Shown: positions 1-13,513 of the stretch, piece by piece
Layout of the letters: the number at the start of each line of letters is the position of its first letter
Numbering within the stretch: position 1 is the first letter of the stretch
NCBI GenBank assembly: GCA_965204755.1
Contig: OZ242011.1
Span: 608,001-672,000 of the forward strand
Direction of reading: 5' to 3'
DNA from: Candidatus Marinacidobacterium sp.
Lineage (GTDB): Bacteria; Acidobacteriota; Vicinamibacteria; Marinacidobacterales; Marinacidobacteraceae
DNA length: 64,000 nucleotides
Made by a program: the position numbers and the translations under genes
Notes under the pieces: generated by a model
Databases searched by the model: none
The model's input: only the letters and a program-made list of their open reading frames with translations
What the model was told of the DNA's origin: nothing

Positions 1-796
1 CGGCGCCGTTCACCATGCAGCCCACCGCGCCGTCCAACTTGATGTAGTTCAGCCCGTAACGCCCGGCTTCCACTTCGAGCGGCGACTCCTCGTGGAAGTC
101 GCGGAGTTCGGCCGCCTCCTGCTGGCGGAAGAGCGCGCTGTCGTCCACCGAGACCTTCGCGTCGAGCGCGACCACTTCCCCGCTCCCGGTGACCAGCATC
201 GGGTTGATCTCCACCTGGCTCGCGTCGAGTCCGTCGAAGGCGCGGTAGAGGTCGAGCAGGAACGACGCGCCGCGCCGGAAGACGCCGCCTTCGAGGCCGA
301 GGCCGAGAGCGAGGCGCCGCGCCTGGAACGGCTGCAACCCCATCGCCGGGTCCACGGTCTCGGTGAGGATCTTCTCCGGCGAGCGCTCGGCCACTTCCTC
401 GATGTCCATGCCGCCGGAGGCGCTGGCGATCACGATCGGCCGGCCGCTCGACCGGTCCACCACGATGCTCGCGTACAACTCGCGCGCGATGTCCACGCCT
501 TCCTCGACGAGGAGCGTCCGGACCACGCGGCCGTCCGGGCCGGTCTGCTTCGTGACGAGCGTGGCGCCGAGAAGCGCGTCGGCGGCTTCCCGGACTTCCG
601 CCTCCGTCCGGCAGAGGCGGACGCCGCCGGCCTTCCCCCGGCCCCCGGCGTGGATCTGCGCCTTCACGACCGCGGGCAGGCCGAGTTCGCCGGCGGCGGC
701 AACGGCTTCGTCCGCGCTCTCGGCCTTCCGCCCCTTCGGCGACGGGACGCCGAAGCCGCCGAGGAGCGACTTCGCCTGGTATTCGTGGAGATTCAA
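1..796 (-). CDS. sucC: Succinyl-CoA synthetase beta subunit (runs off the left edge of the window)
   Basis: The minus strand reads TTG AAT CTC CAC GAA TAC CAG GCG AAG (MNLHEYQAK), followed by VVKAQIHAGGRGKAGGV, EINPM and GCMVNGA motifs. It lies downstream of mdh. Confidence 0.93.
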   Translation of the reverse strand, partial: MNLHEYQAKSLLGGFGVPSPKGRKAESADEAVAAAGELGLPAVVKAQIHAGGRGKAGGVRLCRTEAEVREAADALLGATLVTKQTGPDGRVVRTLLVEEGVDIARELYASIVVDRSSGRPIVIASASGGMDIEEVAERSPEKILTETVDPAMGLQPFQARRLALGLGLEGGVFRRGASFLLDLYRAFDGLDASQVEINPMLVTGSGEVVALDAKVSVDDSALFRQQEAAELRDFHEESPLEVEAGRYGLNYIKLDGAVGCMVNGA

Positions 797-832
797 GTCG
801 GGAGATTCAAGTCGGAAGTTTCAAGTCGGAAG
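788..832. repeat. ~3x 14-bp tandem repeat (gagattcaagtcgg) spanning the sucC start codon
   Basis: gagattcaagtcgg-gagattcaagtcgg-aagtttcaagtcgg read directly from the sequence. Confidence 0.85.
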
Positions 833-854
833 AGTCCGGCGGTCCGCGGCGAAC

Positions 855-4777
<3,923 letters not shown>

Positions 4778-4900
4778 CCCGGGCCGCCGCCCCGCTCGGC
4801 CGCGCGTCCCTCCTGACTACACTCTTTCCCGGCGCCTCCGCCGGGGGGAACGGGATCGGGCTGCCCCGGCGGGCGCGGAAATTCGACGCGCGACCCTTCG

Positions 4901-6061
4901 ATGACCGACCCTTCGATGACCGGACCGGCCGGCTCCCCCCCGCGACGAACGCTGTGCGCCGCGCCGGTTCTGGGCGCCGCGCTCGCCGCCGCCGGCTGCG
5001 GAGGGACGGGCGCGAGTCCGGTCGCGGCTGACCGGGCCGGCGAAGTTCCGGCGAAGGCCGCCGCGCCGGTCCCCCACCCCGCCGACTGCGCGCAGGAGAC
5101 CGAAGCCCCCCAAGCCCCCGAAACCGCCGCGCGGCGGTTCCTCGAAGCGCTGACCCCGGCGCTGCGGGAGGCGGCGGTCTTCCCCTCCGGGGAACCCGCG
5201 CGCTCCCGGTGGTCCAACCTGCCGATCGGGATACTCGACTACAGCCCGAACGGCGCGCGGCTGGGCGACCTCGACGGGCCGCAGCGCGGCGCGCTCTTCC
5301 GGCTGCTGGCCTCGATGCTCAGCCCCCGGGGCTGCGCGGTCGCGCTCGGGGTGGTGAGCGCCGAGGGGACGCTCGCCGAGTCCCCCCGGGCGGCCCGCCT
5401 CGGATGGGGCGCCGACAACTACTACCTGGCGGTCTTCGGGCAACCGTCGGACGAAGCGCCGTGGGGCCTCCAGTTCGGGGGCCACCACCTCGCGGTCAAC
5501 CTCACCCGCGTCGCCGGGGAGACCTTCCTCTCCCCCACCTTCGTCGGCATCGAGCCGGCGGAGCACGAGCGGGAGGGACTGACGCTCGCCCCGCTGCGGC
5601 CCTTCGCGGAGGCCGGACTCGCGGTGGTCGCTTCGCTCGACGAGGCGGAGCGGGGAACGGCCCGCCTCCCCTCCCGTCCGGACGACATCCTGGCCGGCGC
5701 CGGACAGGACGGCGTCGCGCCGCCGTTCGCCGGCGCCTCCGCCCGGACCTGGAGCGACGACCGGCGGCAACGGCTGCTCGACGCCGCCCACCTGTGGGTC
5801 GGGATGCTGCCGGCGGCGGACGCCGAGGCGCGAATGGCGGAAATCCACGCCGACCTCGACGAGACCCGGTTCGCGTGGCAGGGCGACCCCGAAGGCGACG
5901 GCCCGATCTACTACCGCATCCACGGCCCGCGCCTGCTCGTCGAGTTCTCCACCCAGGGCGACCTCGGCGCCGACCGGGGCCACTACCACACGATCTACCG
6001 CGACCCGACGAACGAGTACGGCGCCTCCGCGGGCGGCCCGGCCGACGACGAAACCCGATGA
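4901..6061 (+). CDS. DUF3500-like exported/lipoprotein
   Basis: Signal or lipobox-like N-terminus (AAAGC), WSNLP, YYLAVFGQP, WGLQFGGHHLAVN, YYRIHGP and HYHTIYRDPTNEYG. Confidence 0.8.
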   Translation: MTDPSMTGPAGSPPRRTLCAAPVLGAALAAAGCGGTGASPVAADRAGEVPAKAAAPVPHPADCAQETEAPQAPETAARRFLEALTPALREAAVFPSGEPARSRWSNLPIGILDYSPNGARLGDLDGPQRGALFRLLASMLSPRGCAVALGVVSAEGTLAESPRAARLGWGADNYYLAVFGQPSDEAPWGLQFGGHHLAVNLTRVAGETFLSPTFVGIEPAEHEREGLTLAPLRPFAEAGLAVVASLDEAERGTARLPSRPDDILAGAGQDGVAPPFAGASARTWSDDRRQRLLDAAHLWVGMLPAADAEARMAEIHADLDETRFAWQGDPEGDGPIYYRIHGPRLLVEFSTQGDLGADRGHYHTIYRDPTNEYGASAGGPADDETR

Positions 6062-6192
6062 GCGAACCCCGCCGCTACCTCTTCCAGGGCTGCTTCATGG
6101 AAGCCGCCGACAGCGTCGTCGGCTGCTTCGGCACCATCGTCTTCCTCATCTTCGCCATCTTCGCCTTCCAGTTCTGCTTCGGCAGTTGCTGA
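6058..6192 (+). CDS. Small (44 aa) Cys-rich single-TM hypothetical protein
   Basis: ATGA overlap with the upstream stop; GC3-rich codons; MSEPRRYLFQGCFMEAADSVVGCFGTIVFLIFAIFAFQFCFGSC. Confidence 0.5.
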   Translation: MSEPRRYLFQGCFMEAADSVVGCFGTIVFLIFAIFAFQFCFGSC

Positions 6193-6208
6193 CCCCGGAG
6201 GCCGCGCG

Positions 6209-7406
6209 GTGATCAAGCGGCTCCTCCTCCGCGACTATCGCAGCATCGCCGCTTGCGATGTCGCCCTCGGCCCGCTCACCTTCCTCGTGGGCCCGAACGG
6301 CGCGGGCAAGAGCAACTTCCTCGACGCGCTGCGATTCGTCGCGGAATCGCTCCGCTGCTCGATGGACGACGCGCTGCGCGACCGAGGGGGAATCCGCGAA
6401 GTCGGGCGGAAGTCGAGCAGCGGCCCGACGGGTTTCGGCATCCGCATCGAATTCGAACTCGCGCGATGTCGTGGACACTTCGCCGTCGCGGTCGCCGCGA
6501 AGACGGACGGCAGATACGAAATCGAGCGGGAGGAGTGCGCGGTGGTCGGGGCCGAGGGCCCGGAGCACAACTACCGGGTGGAGAACGGAATCGCCCGCTC
6601 GACCATGCTCTGCCCCCCGGCGGTCGCCGCCGGTCGGTTCTACCTTCTTCGGGCCGCCGGAGATGCGATCTTTCGCCCGGTGCACGAAGCCTTGTCGCGA
6701 ATGGGTTTCTACGATCCGGTCCCGGCGGCGATGCGACGAAGTCAGCCGCCGGCGCCGGAACGACTGCTGCGGCGAGACGGAAGCAACATTGCCGGCGTCC
6801 TGTTCCGAATCGAGGAACGGTCACCGGAGGACAAGCGGCGAATCGAGGAATACCTCGGTTTGGTCGTGGACGGCATCGTCGGCGTGGACCCGAAGCGGTT
6901 CGGCCCGCAAGAAGGGCTCGAGTTCCGCAAGCAGACCGACCGCGCCCGTCCTCCCCGACGATTCCACTCCGCGGGAATGTCCGACGGCACACTGCGAGCC
7001 TTGGGGGTATTCACGGCGCTCTTCCAAGGCGCCGGGGAGCCCGGGCGCCGGCCCCTCGTCGGGATCGAGGGACCGGAGACCACCCTCCACCCGTCGGCGG
7101 CGGGCGCACTTCTGGACGCCCTGCGTGAGGCCTCCGAGAGCGGCCAAGTCCTGGTCGCGACCCACGGCGTCGATCTCCTCGACGACAAGGACATCACCCC
7201 GGACGAACTCCTGGCCGTCGAGGCGCGGGCGGAGCGCTGTCGGGCCGATCGACGCAGCCGGCCGGGCGATGCTCCGGGACCGACTCGGCACGCCCGGGGA
7301 GTTGCTGCGAGTCGGACAAATCCGACCGGACCCCAAGATCTTCGGCCGGGCGTTTCGGCGGGCGGGACTCTTCGGCCGAACTCCCCCGTCCCGCGGAATC
7401 GCGTAG
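6209..7406 (+). pseudogene. ABC/AAA_21-type ATPase, frameshifted near 7225
   Basis: Walker A GPNGAGKSN and signature MSDGTLR are present, but Walker B is degenerate (IEGPET). The family-like C-terminus (AVGPIDAAGRAMLRDRLGTPGELLR) continues in a different frame that ends at 7406. Confidence 0.7.
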
Positions 7407-7440
7407 CGTCCCCCGTCGCCGGGCCGCGCCGGCGGCGGTC

Positions 7441-7968
7441 TTACAGGCCGGTGGCCGGCGGGGGGCCGTCGGAGGCGGCGCCTCGGGCGGCCATCCTCCG
7501 GTCGAGGAGGAGCAGGTCGCTGGCGCTGTCGCCGATCATGCGGAGTTGCGCCACGATTTCGGCGGCGGTCTTTTCTTCCTCGACCTGTTCGGTGATGAAC
7601 GCCTGGAGGTGCACCTGGGTCGGGTAGTCGCCTTCCTCCACCGCGAGGGCGTAGAGGGCGTGGATCAGGCGGCTCACCTGCCGCTCGTGGTCGAGGGTGC
7701 TCTGCATCACGCCGAGCGCGGAGTCGTAGTCGCTCTCCGGCTGTTTCACCGGAAGGAGCAGCGCCCGCCCTTCGCGTTCGAGGACGAAGTCGAACAGGTT
7801 CATGGCGTGCGCGTATTCCTCCTGGCTCTGGACGCGCAGCCAGTGGGCGAACCCGGGCAGGTCCACCGACTCGCACCAGGAGGACATGGCCAAGTAGAGG
7901 TACGAGGAATAGAACTCCTCGTTGATGTGCCGGTTCAGGGCGTCCTGGATGGTGGGGCTCAGGGTCAT
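7441..7968 (-). CDS. ftnA: Ferritin (non-heme)
   Basis: LNRHINEEFYSSYLYLAMS, QSQEEYAHA, HERQVS and FITEQVEEE ferroxidase motifs. Confidence 0.9.
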   Translation of the reverse strand: MTLSPTIQDALNRHINEEFYSSYLYLAMSSWCESVDLPGFAHWLRVQSQEEYAHAMNLFDFVLEREGRALLLPVKQPESDYDSALGVMQSTLDHERQVSRLIHALYALAVEEGDYPTQVHLQAFITEQVEEEKTAAEIVAQLRMIGDSASDLLLLDRRMAARGAASDGPPPATGL

Positions 7969-8025
7969 GGAGCGCGCCTCCTCGGTCGAAGCCGGAGCAG
8001 GGGTGGGGGACGGATCGCGCGAACG

Positions 8026-8254
8026 CTAACAGCCCGTGGAAAAAGCGCCCCGCCGTCCACTCCTCGACGCGAGGGCGCCAAGTCGGCAGTCGGTTTCGTG
8101 GCGGGGCGCTCTTCCCACGGGCCGGCGGCGCGAATCGCTGCGCGATTCCCCCCGCCATCTATCGCGGGGAGGGGGCCACCCCCTCCCCGCACCCCTCCCC
8201 GGTCGGCGCTTCGCGCCGACAGGCGCTCCCCGGACTTTTTCCTCGGTCTGCTAA
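8026..8254. mobile_element. MITE-like element copy 1 (221 bp, ~16-bp TIRs, CTAA direct repeats)
   Basis: CTAA-cagcccgtggaaaaag...ctttttcctcggtctg-CTAA. Near-identical to 59188-59416, with multiple internal hairpins. Confidence 0.85.
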
Positions 8255-8514
8255 TTCATCCGCCGCCGGGGAGGCCGGCGCCGGGTCGGGCCGGAGGCGA
8301 TCGGGGGCCTTCGGTCCGCCGTCGGGTGACCGCCGGACTCCGCCGTCCCCGGTTCCATTCGTCTCCGTTTTCGGTCGCTTCCTCCGGGAACGCCCGCTCA
8401 CGCGGTGCGTAACGACCCTCTCCCGCCCTGACGCCGGGGGCGCCGGCGCGAAGCGGCGCCCCGCCTCCGTCGGTCGCTCCGCGGCTCCGGAGTAGCCTTC
8501 CGCCCGCCGCGCCC

Positions 8515-9285
8515 ATGCCCCGGATCACCGTCATCGCCGGACCGAACGGCGCCGGGAAGACCACCTTCGCCCGCGAATACCTTCCGCAGGAGGCGTCGTG
8601 GCCGACCTTCCTGAACGCGGATGTGATCGCCGCCGACCTGTGCCCGGAGGCGCCGGAACGCGCCGCGTTCGCCGCCGGTCGGCTCATGGTGCGGCGCCTC
8701 CGGGAATGCGCCCGGCGGGGCGGGGACTTCGCCCTCGAGACGACTCTCGCCGGCCGAACCTACGCCCGGCTGATTCCGGCGTGGCGGCGGCGGGGGTATC
8801 GAGTCGAACTCTGTTACCTCCGCCTCCCCCACGCCGATTTCGCCGTCGCCCGCGTGCGCCGGCGGGTCGCGCAGGGCGGTCACTCGGTGTCCGAAGCCGA
8901 CATTCGGCGCAGATTCGAACGCAGCGGAGGAAACTTCGACCGCGCGTATCGACCGCTCGTGGACTCTTGGGTCGAATACGACGCCTCGAAGAGCCCCGGG
9001 CGGCGCTTGCGCGCCGGCGGCGCGGGAATGACCGGGACGAAGGACGACGACCGGCGCCTCCGCGAGGAGTTCCCGTCCCTCGCCGGTATGGACGCGGCCA
9101 TGAAGCGGGCCGGGGAACGCGCGCTGCGCCTGGCCGCCGAAACGCCGGGCACGATCGTCGGGTGGAAGAACGGCCGCGTCGAAACCGTGCCGGTTCCCGA
9201 GGACGATCCCCTGTCCGCCGCCACGAATCCGGAGGCGTTCGGCCGGCCGCGGAGAGACGACGGCCCGCGCGCTTCGGAGGAATAG
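8515..9285 (+). CDS. Zeta-toxin-like P-loop ATPase fused in frame to its small partner protein
   Basis: IAGPNGAGKTT, FLNADVIA, FALETTL and RVAQGGH. An in-frame ATG at 9028 begins the AAMKRA...IVGWKNGRV partner-like segment. Confidence 0.75.
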   Translation: MPRITVIAGPNGAGKTTFAREYLPQEASWPTFLNADVIAADLCPEAPERAAFAAGRLMVRRLRECARRGGDFALETTLAGRTYARLIPAWRRRGYRVELCYLRLPHADFAVARVRRRVAQGGHSVSEADIRRRFERSGGNFDRAYRPLVDSWVEYDASKSPGRRLRAGGAGMTGTKDDDRRLREEFPSLAGMDAAMKRAGERALRLAAETPGTIVGWKNGRVETVPVPEDDPLSAATNPEAFGRPRRDDGPRASEE

Positions 9286-9298
9286 GTCGCCCGGCGGG

Positions 9299-10633
9299 TC
9301 AGCCCGGCGCGGCCGAAGCGACTTCGCGTTCGAGGAACGCGGGGAGGCTCTCGAGGCCGTAGAGCGGGACGGAGACGACGCCCCCGTCCCGGCGAAACGG
9401 CCCGGCGTAGACGCGGACCGCGGCCGCCGGGCGGTACCGGGCCACGAACGAGTGGAGGCTGCGCAGGCGGCCGGTCTTGCCGGACTTCACCTCGACCGGA
9501 ACCACGCCGCCTCCGGCCGCCAGGAGGTAATCCACTTCCGCCGCGCTGCCCTTCTCCCGCCGCGCCCAGTAGAAGAGTTCCGGCCGACGGCGGGGCGACG
9601 CCGCGGCGAGGAGTTCCTGCCCGACGAACTGTTCGGCGACGGCGCCTCGGTTCACCTGCATCGGATCGCCCGCGAAGAGGGATTCGGCCGCGCCGAGAGC
9701 GTTCTGCATGAGGCCGACATCGAACAGGAGGAGTTTGAACCAGCGCTCGTCCGCGTTCGCCCCCAGCGGCAGGCCGGCGCCGCCGGTGGCGCGGACCCGG
9801 TGGACGACGCCGGCCTTCTCCAGCAGGCGCGCGGCTTCTCCGAGATCGCGCGCCCTCGCGTCGGGATTCGCCTGCGAGTACACGAACTTGCGCCCCGTCA
9901 TCCCGGGCGCCGCCGCGAACACGCGGTCGAGGTGCGCGTGACGGGACTGCCGGGCGTACTTGCGGAAGTCGTCGCGCATCGTCTCGACCAAACCGGTTTG
10001 GACCCGCATCGCCCGGACGGCGCTTCGAGTCTCGAGGTATTCCGCGACCACCGCCGGCATTCCGCCGAGGAGCAGGTAGGCGTGGAGCCGGGCCAGCAGG
10101 TGTTCATGCACGGCCGCCGCCTGCGCCGGTTCGAGATTCCGCGACGCGTCGAGCGCGGCGGACTCCCCGCCCGCGAGCAGGAACTCCGCGAAGGACAGCG
10201 GATGCAGGTAGAGCGACTCGACCCGTCCGACCGGCATCCGCAGCCCCTCGGCGTCGAGGGCGAACTCGAGGAGCGAGCCGGCCGCGACGACATGGAGGGC
10301 GGGCATCTGCTCGTGGAAGTAGCGGAGCGCCACGATCGCCCGGGGACAGTCCTGGATCTCGTCCAGGAAGAGCAGGGTCCGACCCGGTTCGACCGGGGTC
10401 CCGTGCAGGACGGCGATGCGGTCGAGGATCGCCGGCGGCTCGAGGGTGTCGAAGCAGGCCCGGTAGGCCGGGCGCTGCTCGAAGTCCACCACGACCGCCT
10501 CGGCGAACCGGCGCGCGGCCAGCGCCCGGACCGTCCAGGTCTTCCCCACCTGGCGGGGGCCGCGGACCAGCAGCGGCCGCCGCCGGTCGTCCCCGGCCCA
10601 CTCGTCGAGGGCGGTGTCCAGGAACCGTCGCAA
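9299..10633 (-). CDS. AAA_14 ATPase with C-terminal DUF4143 (PD-(D/E)XK-like) domain
   Basis: GPRQVGKT, LFLDEIQ, AAGSLL, PVGRVE, PLSFAEFL, GGMP and AEVDY...PVEVKSG. Confidence 0.88.
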   Translation of the reverse strand: MRRFLDTALDEWAGDDRRRPLLVRGPRQVGKTWTVRALAARRFAEAVVVDFEQRPAYRACFDTLEPPAILDRIAVLHGTPVEPGRTLLFLDEIQDCPRAIVALRYFHEQMPALHVVAAGSLLEFALDAEGLRMPVGRVESLYLHPLSFAEFLLAGGESAALDASRNLEPAQAAAVHEHLLARLHAYLLLGGMPAVVAEYLETRSAVRAMRVQTGLVETMRDDFRKYARQSRHAHLDRVFAAAPGMTGRKFVYSQANPDARARDLGEAARLLEKAGVVHRVRATGGAGLPLGANADERWFKLLLFDVGLMQNALGAAESLFAGDPMQVNRGAVAEQFVGQELLAAASPRRRPELFYWARREKGSAAEVDYLLAAGGGVVPVEVKSGKTGRLRSLHSFVARYRPAAAVRVYAGPFRRDGGVVSVPLYGLESLPAFLEREVASAAPG

Positions 10634-10694
10634 CGGCGTGCTCTCGGGGGGCGGGACTCTCGGGTCGGAGCGGGAACGCTACCGGCTGGAATGG

Positions 10695-10752
10695 TTGAAA
10701 TCAAGGGCAAAAAACGCCAACTGTTGGCGAAAACAAAGGGCAAAAATAGCCA
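10695..10752. promoter_or_regulatory. Operator-like array: two AAGGGCAAAAA direct repeats flanking a 7-1-7 palindrome
   Basis: Repeats at 10703-10713 and 10736-10746; CGCCAAC-T-GTTGGCG at 10715-10729; located upstream of the AAA_14 gene. Confidence 0.5.
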
Positions 10753-10859
10753 GTCTCGGGCGAAGAGCCCTCGATTCCACCCGAAGGCGCGGAGCGGCCG
10801 ACGGGCGGCCCCCTGCCCCTCCGGAGCGCCGGGCGCCGCCGGCGGAGCGGCGCAGCCGG

Positions 10860-12059
10860 CTACGGGCAGGCTTCGAACAGGGCGGCGACGCCCATCCCGC
10901 CGCTGACGCAGAGGGTGGCGAGGCCGTACCCGGCGTTCCGGCGCCGCATCTCGTGGAGGAGGGTCACCACGATGCGGGCGCCGGTGGCGCCGATGGGGTG
11001 GCCGAGGGCGACGGCGCCGCCGTTCACATTCAGGCGGTCGGGGTCGAGATCGAGGTCGCGGACGCAGGCGAGCACCTGGGGGGCGAAGGCCTCGTTCAAC
11101 TCCACCACGCCGATGTCTTCGAGGGAGCGGCCCGCGCGTTCGAGGAGCCGGCGCACCGCGGGGACCGGGCCGATTCCCATGATCCGGGGGTCCACCCCGA
11201 CGGTCGCCGAAGCCACGAGACGCGCCAACGGCCGGACGCCGAGCCGTTTCGCCGCGGACTCGGACAGCGCGAGGATTGCCGCCGCGCCGTCGGTGATCCC
11301 CGAGGAATTCCCCGCGTGGACGACGCCGTCCTTCCGGAACACCGGGCGCAGCCGGGCGAGGGACCCGGCGGTGACGCCGCGGCGCGGATGTTCGTCGGCG
11401 TCCACCCGCGCCCGTCGCTTCCCCCCGCGCCGGGTCGGCGCCTCCACCGGGACGACCTCCGCGTCGAAGCGCCCTTCCGCCCGCGCCGCTTCGCACCGGC
11501 GTTGGCTCCGGGCCGCGTACTCGTCGCTTTCGGCGCGGGTGATCCGGTACCGCTCGGCCAGGGTTTCGGCGGTCTCGCCCATGAGCCGGTCGGCGAGCGG
11601 GCAGTGGAAGCCGTCGCGGTACATCCCGTCTTCGACGGTCTGGTGGCCGAGCCGCTGCCCGAACCGCGCCCGGCGCAGCAGGTAGGGGGTGTTGCTCATG
11701 CTCTCGACCCCGCCGGCGGCCACGACTTCCGCTTCGCCCAGCCGGACGGCGTTCGCGGCGTCGAGGAGCGCCCGGAGCCCGGAGGCGCAGGCCTGGTTCA
11801 CCGTCCGCGCCGGGACGGAGTCGGCGAGGCCGGCGCGGCGGCCGACCTGGCGCGCCGGGTTCGGGCCGACGCCCGCCTGCCGGGCGTTGCCGAAGATGAC
11901 TTCGCCGACGGCTTCCGCCGGGACGCCGGACGCCTCCAGCGCGCCGACGAGGGCGGCGGCGCCCAACTCCGGGGCGGTGAGCGCGGAGAGCGCCCCGCCG
12001 AACTTGCCGATCGGGGTGCGCCGGGCGCCGGCCAGTACGACGGGTTCGCCGCCGGTCAT
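10860..12059 (-). CDS. Acetyl-CoA C-acyltransferase (thiolase)
   Basis: RTPIGKFGG, VNQACASG, GGVESMS, NSSGITDGA, ELNEAFA, GHPIGATG and LCVSGGMG. Confidence 0.93.
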   Translation of the reverse strand: MTGGEPVVLAGARRTPIGKFGGALSALTAPELGAAALVGALEASGVPAEAVGEVIFGNARQAGVGPNPARQVGRRAGLADSVPARTVNQACASGLRALLDAANAVRLGEAEVVAAGGVESMSNTPYLLRRARFGQRLGHQTVEDGMYRDGFHCPLADRLMGETAETLAERYRITRAESDEYAARSQRRCEAARAEGRFDAEVVPVEAPTRRGGKRRARVDADEHPRRGVTAGSLARLRPVFRKDGVVHAGNSSGITDGAAAILALSESAAKRLGVRPLARLVASATVGVDPRIMGIGPVPAVRRLLERAGRSLEDIGVVELNEAFAPQVLACVRDLDLDPDRLNVNGGAVALGHPIGATGARIVVTLLHEMRRRNAGYGLATLCVSGGMGVAALFEACP

Positions 12060-12083
12060 GAAACGCCGGGAAGCCGCCGCGCG

Positions 12084-13490
12084 TCAGCCCCGGCGCACAT
12101 ACTCGAAGTCGAGCGGGCGGCCGTCCACCGTCGAACGGGGCGGCGCGATCCAGTTCGCCATCTTCCCGGGCTCGGTGACCGGCTGCATCACGCTCGCCAC
12201 GAACTCGCGGTCCGCCGGCGTCGGCAGCCACTCGCCGTTGCGGCGCTCCCACTCGTCGGCTGTCAGCAACGCGCCGGACGGATCGAAACGGTGGTCGGCG
12301 TAGAGACCGATCCGGCGGTGGAACCGGCGGTGGGGAAGCGTCAGGCGGTCGGACAGCCCGGCCTCTTCCAGGATGCGGTTCCAACGGGCGACGCCGCGCT
12401 CGCAGTCCTGGATGTAGTCGTCGCGGAGGACTTCGTTCATCGCGTTCCGGAGGGGCGCTTCGCGCCGCTTCAACTCGCCGGCTTCGGGTTCTTCGAAGAC
12501 ATACACGCCGTCGAGCGCCGCGTGGTCTTCGCGCCTGGATTCCCGGGCGCGGCCTTTCAGCCCGCTCCCGAAGTAGTGCGCGGCGTTGGAAGAGATCTCC
12601 CCGCCGAAGAGGTCGAGCGAAACGCTGAACCAGAAGTTGATGTGGCGTTGGAGCAGGGGCAGGTCGAAAGCGCCGGCGGCGCGCGGGTCCTCCACGCCGC
12701 TCCGAAGAAGTCCCGCCGTGCGTTCCACGATGCGTCCGACGCCGGTTTCGCCCACCGACATGTGGAAGGCCTCTTCGGTGAGCATGAAGCGGGTGGTTCG
12801 GGAGAGCGGATCGAAGGCGCTCTCCGCCAGCGCGAGCAACTGGTACTTCCCGTCCCGGTCGGTGAACATGGTGAACAGGTAGAAGTTCAACCAGTCGTCG
12901 CAGGGTTCGTTGAACGCCTGCAGGATGCGCGGCCGGTCGGCGTCGCCGCTCGAACGCGCGAGCAGCGCGTCCGCTTCTTCCCGGCCGTCCCGTCCGAACC
13001 AGGAATGGAGCAGGTACACCATGGCCCACAGGTGCCGCCCTTCCTCCACATTCACCTGGAAGAGGTTCCGCAGGTCGTAGAGGCTCGGCGCCTTTCGTCC
13101 GAGTTCGCGCTGCTGCTCCACGCTGGCCGGTTCCGTGTCGCCCTGGGTGACGATGAGCCTGCGCAGGTCCGCGCGGAATTCCCCCGGCACTTCCTGCCAG
13201 ACCGGCTGTCCGGCGAAGTCGCCGAACCCGATGCGGCGGTCCGGCTCCGGCGGCGCGAGGAAGATGCCCCAGCGGTATTCCGGCATGCGCACGAAGTCGA
13301 AGTGCGACCAGCCGGAAGGCTCCACCGAAACCGCGGTGCGGAGGAAGACTTCGTCCGCCTGGAAGTCCGCCGGGCCCATTTCCTTCCACCATTCGAGGAA
13401 GGCCGGCCGCCAGCGGAGGAGCGCCCGCTGCAGCCGCGGATCCCCGGAGAGGTCCACATTGTTCGGGATGCGGGAGTCGAGTTCGGACAT
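12084..13490 (-). CDS. boxB: Benzoyl-CoA 2,3-epoxidase diiron subunit
   Basis: IPNNVDL, YRWGIFL, QGDTEPASVEQQ, NVEEGRHLWAMVYLL, TDRDGKYQL and EEAFH diiron motifs. Confidence 0.92.
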   Translation of the reverse strand: MSELDSRIPNNVDLSGDPRLQRALLRWRPAFLEWWKEMGPADFQADEVFLRTAVSVEPSGWSHFDFVRMPEYRWGIFLAPPEPDRRIGFGDFAGQPVWQEVPGEFRADLRRLIVTQGDTEPASVEQQRELGRKAPSLYDLRNLFQVNVEEGRHLWAMVYLLHSWFGRDGREEADALLARSSGDADRPRILQAFNEPCDDWLNFYLFTMFTDRDGKYQLLALAESAFDPLSRTTRFMLTEEAFHMSVGETGVGRIVERTAGLLRSGVEDPRAAGAFDLPLLQRHINFWFSVSLDLFGGEISSNAAHYFGSGLKGRARESRREDHAALDGVYVFEEPEAGELKRREAPLRNAMNEVLRDDYIQDCERGVARWNRILEEAGLSDRLTLPHRRFHRRIGLYADHRFDPSGALLTADEWERRNGEWLPTPADREFVASVMQPVTEPGKMANWIAPPRSTVDGRPLDFEYVRRG

Positions 13491-13513
13491 GTCGAGGGGA
13501 GGAAGGCCGCCGG

